Of a stretch of 64,000 bases of DNA, positions 53,601-64,000 are shown in pieces. The stretch lies in contig NW_002060945.1 of assembly GCF_000150275.1 (NCBI RefSeq), positions 5,257,397 to 5,321,396 on the forward strand, in the 5' to 3' direction. The notes under the pieces were generated by a model. That model searched no databases and was not told where the DNA came from. It saw only the letters and a list, made by a program, of their open reading frames with translations. Numbering within the stretch: position 1 is the stretch's first letter; every line of letters starts with the position of its first letter. Position numbers and translations under genes: made by a program. The stretch is from Trichoplax adhaerens. Lineage: Eukaryota > Animalia > Placozoa.

Positions 53601-56293
53601 ATGGATCTTGTGTAACAACTTGCAATAACGGATTTCCTGGTAAAAATGGTACTTGCTCAAGTTGTGAGGGAGTGGGATGTAGAGAGTGTCTTCCTAATGA
53701 TCCTAACCAATGTCTTACTTGTTTAGATAATTACTTCAATCATAAATTTAATTGCGTCCGAGAATGTCCAGTAGGTACTTACACGAATGCAACGGCTGGT
53801 CAATGTTTAATTTGTCACGATTCCTGTAACACATGCAGTGGTAAACATATAGAAAATTGTACAGATTGCAAGCCTGGATGGTTTATGCATGCGGGAAAGT
53901 GTGTTTCTTACTGTCCATCTGGCTCCTATGCAAATGGCAATGCTTGTTCAAAATGTAGCCATGGTTGCAAGCTTTGTATCAGTCAGAATACCTGCTTAGA
54001 ATGTGAATCGTCATTGGTAAAGTTTAACGGTTCGTGCTTGAAAGACTGTCCAAGCAATTCTTATGCCACGGATGAAAATACGGAATGTCAATTGTGTCAT
54101 AAAGGTTGTGAAACATGTAAAATTGTTAACAGAGAGAGTCAATGTTTAAGCTGTATTAATCAATATTTGATATTGAAAGCTGGAAAATGCTTACCAAATG
54201 GTAATTGCAGTGGTAATATGTATTTTAATGGAAGCAACTGCAGTAAATGCCACAGTGACTGTGAAGCATGCTTCGACGATGATAGAATCTCCTGCCTTAG
54301 ATGTCGTGAAGATAAGTATCTAAATCCAGTTTCAGCAATTTGTGAACAATATTGTCCGTTAGGATACTTTGCCGATAATGCCACAAGGAGATGTCAGCAA
54401 TGCCATTATTCATGTTTATCGTGTTCGAATGCTTCTGTTTGTACTCAATGTCGTCCTGGTTTCTATAATAGTAGTGGCAATTGCATTACGAAATGTGCCT
54501 CTGGTGAATACTTTAATAATAAGACTGCGAGCTGTCAGCTATGTGGTAATAATTGCAAGGAGTGTAATATAAATAGTAAAACTTGTATAACGTGTAAGTC
54601 AGGAAATTACAAGTACGATGGAATATGCTTGTCTGCTTGTCCTACACAAACCTATGCCAGCAATGGAAATTGTAAAGCGTGCCCTTCTGGATGCTTAGAA
54701 TGTAAAGCTGATATGACTTGCACTAAGTGCAAGAATAACTATAAACTATCACAATCCGCGTGTGTACTTTCTTTACCGAATGGCTGTAAAAACTCTAGTT
54801 GTTTAGTTTGTAAAGTTGCCAATTGCTCACGTTGTTCACCGTCGGATTCCACTATTTGTAATATTTGCATTAAGCCTTTTATATTACATCAGGGAAGTTG
54901 TATAAAACAATGTCCTGATGGCACTTATTTTGATCATGTTAAAAAGAACTGTTTTGATTGTAATGATAGTTGTAGTAGTTGTGTTGGCCCGAAAGAAACA
55001 GATTGTGTAAAGTGCTCAAGCGCTAAACCATATTTATTACACTATAAATGTCTGAGTAAATGTCCAGCCAATTACTACATCGATAATGCTAATGCTAAGT
55101 GTCGTCAATGTCATTTCTCATGTAAAAGTTGTAGCGGTGGTAGCATGAATGATTGTATTATATGTTCAGATGGATTTCATTACTTGAAATCTGAGAAGCA
55201 ATGTGTTAACAAATGTCCGGATTTATCATATTATCGTAAAAATGAAACTGATTGCGGATCGTGTTATAGTGGTTGCGCTAGTTGCTATGGGAATGAAAAA
55301 GACAAGTGCATATCTTGTATCTCTCCAATGGTAAATTTCAACTTTGAATGTATGGAGAAGTGCCCTCTCGGCAGCTATAACGATAGCGGTATCTGCCGTA
55401 AGTGTCATCCGTCATGTGGTTCATGTACTGGTCCTCACTTGAATCAGTGTACAAGTTGTAGTACTGGTTTATTCTTAAAGAATGGCGAATGTCATGGTAC
55501 TTGTCCTTCTGGCTACTACGAGGATATGAAATCATTAAAATGCTTACCATGCAATCCATCATGTAAGACATGTGTAAGTGACTCTGCTCAGTGCTTAACT
55601 TGTAATCATGGTATGGTTTTACAGAATTCGAAGTGTTTGCGCAACTGTAGCAGCGGATATTATCATACTGATGGTGGATGTCGTCCATGTCATACTTCTT
55701 GTTTGAGCTGTAAAGGATTTACAGCTAGCGATTGCTTATCGTGTAGCAAAGGCTGGGAATTATTACCTCATGGTATTTGTGAACCCGTGTGTCCGTCGGG
55801 TCAGTATTATGATATCGGTCTTAAATCATGTGGCAACTGCCACAGCAGCTGTGCTACTTGTAGCAGTAAACAATCAGCTTCTTGTCTATCATGTTTAAAA
55901 GGTCGTTTATTAGACAAACAATCCTCAAGATGTTATCCATGTTGCAAAATAGATTCTGATTCTCAGTGCTGCAATTGTAGTGCTTCCTTAAAAGTATGCG
56001 TATTATTATCAGACACTGGAAACAACATTGTTACAACGCCATCGCTTGTTACAGTTACACATCATGACTTTGGCAATACCTTCAAGGAGGAAAAGCCTGT
56101 ACAACTAATTCTGATTTCTGGCGCTATTAGTTTGCTATTATTTGGAGTAGTTGTAATAATCCGTTGTAGAAGAAATATTTTTGGCCACCGTGGTTATAAA
56201 AAATTGACTCCATCTGGATATGATCATACGACCATATCGTCTACTCGTACAGCTTATCCAGACTACGATAACGATGAAATCAACCAAGTATAG
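47649..56293 (+). CDS. PCSK5: Furin-family proprotein convertase, PCSK5B-like (signal, prodomain, subtilisin domain, P domain, 26 Cys-rich repeats, TM, cytosolic tail)
   Basis: Signal peptide plus YTNTWV; HRSKR; cleavage site KLRIKR|[16 protein letters not shown]; catalytic [22 protein letters not shown] and HTGTSAAAP; P domain YLEHVQ...[11 protein letters not shown]; Cys-rich ORF 51986-56293; TM segment; GYKKL and acidic tail. Orthology to PCSK5 versus furin-2/PCSK6 needs a tree. Confidence 0.9.
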
Positions 56294-57704
56294 TTAATAG
56301 ATTTTATTTATATGATTTAGAATGTTATATGAATTCTCGCTATCTACGAAACTAGATATTCTAAAGATAACTAAATTCAGCTAATGATTTATAAAACAAC
56401 TAAAACTTTAATTTTTATGCAATATGTGGATGTATGAGTATACTGTATAAAGGGTATATAGTAGTTCATTTTTTATTTTATAAAGGTAATTGCAAACTTC
56501 TTTCCTTCAATGTCTACGAGTATACAGCAATACATCATTTGATGCGATTATTTATAAAATGCGACTCAACGTCGAAGGTTAAAATTTTAAGATACTACGT
56601 TTTGTTGTAATGACCGATAACAATTTATCGATAAATTTCGAAAGAAATATTCATATACTGTTAAATATATATTGCTCAAAAATACTTTAGGATAAAATAT
56701 TGGCTACGTAAGGGAACAGATGTTTAACTATGTGCTGGTCTAAAACCTTGACATTCATAGCATATCCTTATGATAATAAGCATTATTTTCGGGATGACTC
56801 AATATAAATAATTTTCTTTATGGATCAATAATTCTCACTGTAGATTAATTAATTCCGTTTTTTGTATTAGAGATCTTTATACTGTATCAGTATCGCAATT
56901 TGATAAACAATTTTTGATGAGATATACGTATCGATTACTTTAGCTGAATGAATAATAAAGTCAAGCTACATGAGGCTACTTTGAAAATGACTTAACTATT
57001 GCAAATCCGATCTTTTTTATCCAATGGCTATCGCCTACGAATTAATAAGTATTCCAATCAAACTAGAGATCTAACTGTTTCGGACGAATGTATCATAAGA
57101 TAAATATCATGTAATGCTTAAAACCATTTTGAAACAGACTTATCTAAAAAAGCGAATACGCGACAGTTTATTAATTTTACTTCATCAAAATTTTTTGTAG
57201 CGATAGTAGTTGTAGTATGTGAAAGCTAAATCATTTTAAATCTGAAAATTGCTTTGATCTTCGATATCATAACATATAAACAAAATTTTGACAGACAGTA
57301 TAATCAGTCAATACTCAATAGTACAAACAAATCTTACATAAATATTTAGCAAACTGTATAAAAATAATTATAAACAGTAACAAATGTTTTACTACGGTAC
57401 ACGGCAGTTTATACGTATACGAGCATTGTAATAATTTAGTTTGTAGTACAATCTCCCAAGTTACCGTAAATAAATCTTTTCTATGCTTTGATTAAATAAT
57501 AAATTTTATATTTTGATACTTTATTATAGACGACAATAACAGCACCCAAACAAACAACAGCGTTTGTTATCTATATATAATACACAAAAATAGTATTTTC
57601 AATTTTTATGCTGGCTACCTTAAAACAAAAATTTTTATCCAAAAACTGTATCATAGCGGTAGTGAAATTAAACCATCGTAGTGCAAAGATGTAGGTATTA
57701 TGTA

Positions 57705-60700
57705 TTATTCAAAAAATTTAATAAGTTGTTGCTTCACTTCTATATCGACAGTATTCATTAACTCGGTAAATGAACTTGAACCATACGCCACATGACAAGC
57801 ATCTAGTCTTTCCTTGATAAATCGATTTAATGGGACATTATGAACTGGATCTTTAAGAGCCAGCTATTATGGATAGAATATGTAAGCATTGATATATTAA
57901 GGGCTTGAATACAGTGCCGAAACAGTAAGATCCAAATGTTACAGTAGCATAAAAGCATGTACTTTACCTGCCGCGCTCGAATCTCTTCTTCGTTATCTGC
58001 TGCATCTGGACCAAACATTTCCTTTTCTCCTAATACCAACCGACTGTGAATAGATTCATAAAAACGATTACCATAAAAATGACTTGGAAAATAAAACATC
58101 AAAAAGTAGATCCTACTCTTGTAGATTGCCCTTGCTGTGATCTGGGCAAACTTCATGTAATACGTCGACACAAAGATTAAGAATAAGGGAAAAGCTATTA
58201 CAGACCGCCCTGTGAAAATGCAATTAAAAGATATCAGAATTAATACAGATATATCAAAATAATCTTAATTCCATCGCTATTATAGTTTTATCAAGTGATT
58301 AACTACAAACCGATGTTTTAAGGGTAAAACGGACGTTAACGCCAAAGCTGATAGTTTACGATGCTCAGGTTTTAAAATGACATCAATCTAGATAGGTTAC
58401 ATTTTGTGTCATTCATTGTGACGCAACAATATTTTAGTTACGTACGAATTTAATAATTATCACACTTGAGATGAAATTTCTAAGATAATTTTAATTACAT
58501 ACTCGTATAGCATTATACCTTTTCTGTCCATATCTGAAACAATATTTTCATAATATCTTCATTATTCTGACCAATACGATTAGCTACCGCATCAATTGTT
58601 GCAAAAAACGCCGTGGTATTTTGCAGTAATAGTCTACCAAGTAAGGCCAATATAAGCGACATCTTAGGTGGATACTCCTAATTATATTATTTGTACAAGA
58701 AATATTCATTAATCATTACATGGTCAACATCGAATTGTCTATTATCGTGTCATACTAATACCTGAGGTTGCAAACCATCCTCAAGAATTCGAGGTAGAAG
58801 ATTTTGAAATGCCTGTGGACCTTCGCTGGGAAATTCTCGAAAAATCAATTCCAATACCTGATGTAATGTATAAGCTTGCAGGTTACGCATTACCATTGTA
58901 GCAGTTCAAGCAAAAAGAGATAATTATTATTAACAAACTTTTAAAATGTCAACAATATGTCCGCCAGGCCTAACAGTATCATCTGCATATATCAGTCTAA
59001 AAAAGAGATCAGCTAACCAACTGGAATAAGCCTAAATCAACAAGGTAGTAATTAAATGACGAAGATCTTGTTTGAAATAGGAAATAACCAGCTATAAAGT
59101 AACTTTAAGTTTTACCTTCATAAAATCGTAACCACCTAAGATTACGTACGATTTAAGAACTTCTAAGGAACGCTTTAGGTTTTCAATATCGAATCCTTTT
59201 TCTAAACAATCACAAACATTTTAAATTTGTCAACGTATTAATATTGTCATATGATTTCATGAATTAAATGTATACTAATAGTGATATTGTACTAACCAAG
59301 CAACTGCTGCATATTTTGGAACAAATGCAACAATTCATTTGTTAGAGTAGGAGCATGGCACAACGTCATTTTCCTAGTCAAGTATAATATAAGAGAACAT
59401 GTAGAGAATCAGTAAAAACAGTAGAGAGGTTATGATTATATAAAGTTCAAATTATCAGAATGCGAAACATTACAATATTTACCATAATTCCATTCCATCG
59501 TCAATTAGATATATATGCGGCGGCTAACAGGATTAAGACAGGATTAATGTCTCTTTTTAAAATTATAGATCAATAGAAATCAAATAAAGCCTAAATTTTT
59601 GTCGCAAACCTTCTCGACGTCTGTACTAAATTGAATAACTGGCAGCAAAAACGGGTACAGCTGAACAGAGGAAGACTTTAGAGCCTACATAATATAAATT
59701 TCAAAATTGTAATATACATAATTAAAGAATCGATTTATCAACACTAGATAAGAACCTGGATTAAAACAGTTAAGGTGCATAGTATACTACATCGTAGCAT
59801 ATTATGCTCTTCAGAATCCTGCCATAGTTGTGGTAAATATTGCATTAATTCAGATGAAAAGGGCGTAATCTAAATAAGATATTGAATAAGATTGATCAAT
59901 GTAGCATAATTAATTAGGGTTAGGTTAAGACAGATCATGATCAAGCATAGCAGAAATAGTCCGCTTGAAAACTAACCTGTGACCCCACGCGATCAATCAT
60001 TGTGGAAATAACACTTAAGACCCTCATCTGTAATGTAGAGAAAATTTTAGAATTGAGATACAAGATACTCAAGTAATAACAATGAAAGTAATACCTTTGC
60101 ATCACAGGAATTTAGTTGACGCAGTAACTGGAATAGGCACAACGCATACTTTTCTAAAAACTAAAGCACAAAACTCAGTTACTAAATTTTCATTTCAAAA
60201 CTTTCGCGAGACTGCTTCTAACCGGTAGAAATTGGGCCACGCTAAAATCGAAGTCATCAATTACTGTACATTTCATTAAGGATCTAACTAGCCACGGTCG
60301 AATACTATTTCCTAAGAATGAAAAACTAGCAAAATACAATACTAAATAAGTAGCATTTCATTTTAAGTCTATCATTAAGGATACCAGTTCGAAATGTGCT
60401 AGAAGTAGTTATTCGAACAACGACATCTTCAGATGGGTCTAACAGTATAAGAAGCGCTTCATATAAAGTAGATCTAAAAGAAGCCGGTATCCGCATAAGG
60501 TTCATTCCATGCTGGTATTCGCTCATCCAAGTGTCAATCACCCATGCTGCTCGTCGCCTCAGAATCTTATAGCTAAAATTTATTTATAGACATAATACAC
60601 ATATAACAATACTGTATTAGCTCTATTCTAATCAATTAGATATATTATGGTCAGCACATCAAAATTGAGAGCAACTAACTTTGGATGTCCATTTTTAATG

Positions 60701-63700
60701 TCCCTGAGGAGATAACTGCTAAACCATTCACTGAAGTTGATATCTTTATATAATTGAGATGATAATAATCCAGTAACGTTGTAGACTGCTCGGAATATAG
60801 TTCGTCAAGATTAGTGGATTTAGTTTTGGTAAAAAACAAGATCGTAACGATCTAAAAGACTTACTCGCATCTTTAGTCAGAATACCATTCAAATCATCTG
60901 GATCAGGAAAGGCTGAGAAGAACATAATTATGAGCTTATCATTATATCCATATTTCTAAGGCGTGCATAATACTTACTAGCAACCCCTGACAGCAGCTGT
61001 AAAACAACGGGCTTAATAGAAGCTTGATACTCGTTGAATAATACCAGAAATAATCCCTCCGTACATGGCTAAAGGTGTAATTAAATCGTATAGGTATAGG
61101 ATAACTGGTTCATATAACTTTATGTTCATATGAAGCCTAAATAAGTACTAGTATTAAGAAAATTTTGAAGATTGTAGAATATAACAACGAACCCTTAAAG
61201 AGTACTTCCATTCTTCTCCTCCAGTCTCGGTATCTGAATATTGATGCAGTACAATACAGAAATTGGACGAGAATACTCACAATTATTATTTAAAGTCAGG
61301 TTATATTAATATTATTTTTAAATTGTAATCATACCGTAATCCTCTGGGTCTTGTTCCCAATCAAATAAATCCTGTTACGATAGAAAGATTAGTAATTATA
61401 GTTAGCTAAATTTTAAGTTATATAATCATATACATTTATGATATAAATTCGAATGGATTGATTATAACAACATCAAGAATTAAGAATAAAAAACAGATTT
61501 TGTATCTACGTTAATATTAAGCATCATTTTACTGGTACGGCAAAGTTACCTTTTGTGTCAGTATAAAGAAGCGTGATATCAACGTTTGACATATTCGCGT
61601 GACATCATCTTCATTTAAAACTCCTGCAACAATTTCCTAAATGGAAACGATTAGCATTAGTAAGGGTGAATCGAAATAACGCTGATATATAAATGCTGAA
61701 GTGATGTGCTGTCATTAGCAATACAAGCTCATGATCCTCATCAGGATCTAAATCTTAATGATTTACCTGATAATTTTTCGTAACCTTAGTTTCTACATCA
61801 TGCTCTAAAAAATAATGTACGTAGTTAAGACTACCATACCAAATTGTAGTTTATATTGCAGAATGATTGGATCGATAGACATACTTATTTTCATTTTAGG
61901 CGGTAAGCGACTGCACGTAAAAACAATTGCTTTCATTAGGTTTAAGCAGTGTATGATAAACCTTTCAAAAAGGTGATCTGCAAAGAAAGGATACATTGAA
62001 AATGTTATGACGTTACATTGCTTGTGCTTTCCGTCAAACCTTAATTTCAACTCAGAAAATCAAGGGTATGGTCAACGTTTACCTAAATACTCTTGTGAAA
62101 AAATAAATGTAATTGACATTCGCAGGGAAGGTACAATGTAGGGAATAAAGAGTACAGGATGTTGATCTTGAGTGCCAATAAACTACCAAAATAAAATACA
62201 CAAATTATATTAAAAAATTCTGTTTACCCAGTCACTTATGCTTTAATATATATCTTATACTACTGACAATCTTCAGAATAAGTATTAGCAGCTTTTCAGT
62301 TGATTGCATTAATGTATGATTCGCTCCTAGCTTTCCTCCTAATTATACGATCATAGATAGAGATATTATTAATAGGCATTTTATACTTCTTGTTATCGTA
62401 ATTCAAACGCGTTATAGTTATTTCATAGTCTATAGATAACTTACGAAGATTTAAAACAATTGATATGCGCTGAAATAATGCATCCATAAAATCCTACAGA
62501 TAGTAACAACAGCAATGAGGTCATATCCAGGATAAAATATTTTTAAAGCTCAAGAAACGGTTACAGAAGCTGGTCAAATTTTTTTATGTTAGCAGATCAA
62601 ACAATTCTAATTGTTGCAAACTTGTACGACAGTAACAATTACCTTTAACTCATACAAAGGTTTACGTTCATCGATTCCATATATAACAAGCTTTCGTAAA
62701 ACTGTTTAAAAGCAAGAAAGCTTAATTTTAGTATTAGCAAGATTAAGGTCTTATTTATAGTAACGTTATTGTTGAGGACCTTTTAGGATTAATAGGGAGG
62801 AATTCAACATTACGCCTGCTTCATCATTTCGCTAGAGAAAAAATGTTAAGATTATGCTTGTTAGATTATAGAAATAAAAACTAAGCTTTAAAGGCAACTA
62901 ACCTGTTGAGAGACGAGTTTGACAAAACTGTCAGTGTTGTGAATCCATTGCTCCAATAGATACGAAAATATACTATTAGCAATCTAAGATAGAAGTAAAT
63001 TATTCGATTATAAAATGCATCAACGATTCAAAATAACGCTAATAATTGATAAATTCATTAACACTACAAAAGTATAGTAAAACTATCTAAGTGATGTTAT
63101 AAGTAAGCAATACCTGGGAAAAGATAACCCTGTCAGTAAATAAACACTTTGAGGCAAAAGCTTTGATTGCATGATGCAAAGTCAATAGAGCTCTGTTCTT
63201 TTTCAAGTTGTCGGTGCTACGGACAGCCTAATACAGATACTCAGATGTTAATAACGTTATATAAATATTACTGTCTAGGGGGTTAAAATATTTAATAGGC
63301 AGTACATTGCACGATGTAATTAAATGTACTCACTTCCAACAAAAATGGGACTAGTTCAGGCCATTGCCTAGGAAAATCAATTCTTGCAATCTTGCTAAGC
63401 AAGACTGCAATTTGCGTAGCAATCTAAAAAAATAAAAATCAATTACAAATTGAATCTTATTTGTAAGACTACGTAAATGTATATACGGTAAAAAATCCAT
63501 TTCAGTCTTATTCTGATTAATTGTACAAGTGACGTCAACGCACTGCAGACAAAGTTTCATTTCCACACTCGATCTAAGTGTCTTACCTGATTTACAGGTT
63601 CAGGATTGTTGATAGCAGACAGTAAACGCGTCCTTAATATTGCTTTTTCTTCTTCATTAATGGCACTAAGACAAATAATAACATCGTTAATTCTTATTCA

Positions 63701-64000
63701 TTTAACATCGATTACGAGCGAAAATCCATCAATGCCGCCTCTAGCTCTACTTCACGACTTGATATTTCGATACGTCTCTTAAATATGTACACGTATACAT
63801 TTATAGTAATAGCAATCAAGCAAAGTTTGATCAAACTGTACTGAAATATTGACCATCTTACAAATTCAAGTTATATTTCAGTAATATATATCATTTTGCT
63901 TCACTATATGAATCGGATTTTAAATTAAATTGAGGTTGGTATAGTATGATCAGGGTGCACTGAGTAGCATCTGACATAACAGACTCAGCACGAGTTATTG
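57705..64000 (-). CDS. IPO11: Importin-11, 3' portion (many exons); 5' end lies beyond window
   Basis: Exons give AINEEEKAILRTRLL, DWEQDPED, EWKYSLRPCTEGLFL, KDAIYN, ILRRRAAWVIDTW, LYEALLILLDPSEDVVVRI, IDDFDF, PEHRKLSALAL, DPVHNVPL and terminal TVDIEVKQQLIKFFE* (stop at 57707-57705). Last recognisable exon in the window is ~63587-63662. Confidence 0.92.
60264..60384 (-). other. U12-type (minor spliceosome) GT-AG intron in IPO11, 121 nt
   Basis: Minus-strand donor GTATCCTTA, branch-like TCCTTAAT about 10 nt before the terminal CAG, and no polypyrimidine tract. Splicing joins STFRT-V-IDDFDF in frame. Confidence 0.85.

Noticed and set aside
51146-55688. Several antisense and off-frame ORFs within the convertase exons
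   Set aside because: Shadows of the long coding exons with no independent protein features.
59914-59924. TTAGGGTTAGG telomere-like sequence
   Set aside because: Fewer than two full units inside an intron; chance level.
61986-61995. GTATCCTTT on the minus strand in IPO11
   Set aside because: It lies in the pyrimidine tract just before an acceptor, not at an exon end.

Overview
AT-rich, gene-dense eukaryotic genomic DNA with many short GT-AG introns and a typical metazoan gene set. The style suggests a placozoan such as Trichoplax, but this is inference, not a database result. Hand-splicing supports ten protein-coding genes: NBAS (5' part, -), ULK3 (+), SLC30A5/ZnT5 (+), a LAS2/C18orf54-like gene (+), TICRR/Treslin (-), a class A GPCR with an intronless CDS (+), a B4GALNT3/4-like glycosyltransferase (+), an HGSNAT-like gene (-), a PCSK5B-like convertase with 26 furin-like repeats (+) and IPO11 (3' part, -). 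Gene identities come from motifs I recognise in manual translations; no search was run. The most striking unexplained signal is a family of ACTGT/ACAGT (TACAG/CTGTA) pentamer arrays, partly perfect palindromes, lying about 60-600 bp upstream of most start codons, which looks like a lineage-specific promoter element. Other points of interest are a U12-type intron in IPO11, a C-terminally compact Treslin that keeps both CDK sites at exactly 32-residue spacing, a 4.5-kb single coding exon in the convertase, and a recent 87-bp tandem repeat with an open ORF next to a promoter array. No tRNA, rRNA, CRISPR array or intact transposon was seen.
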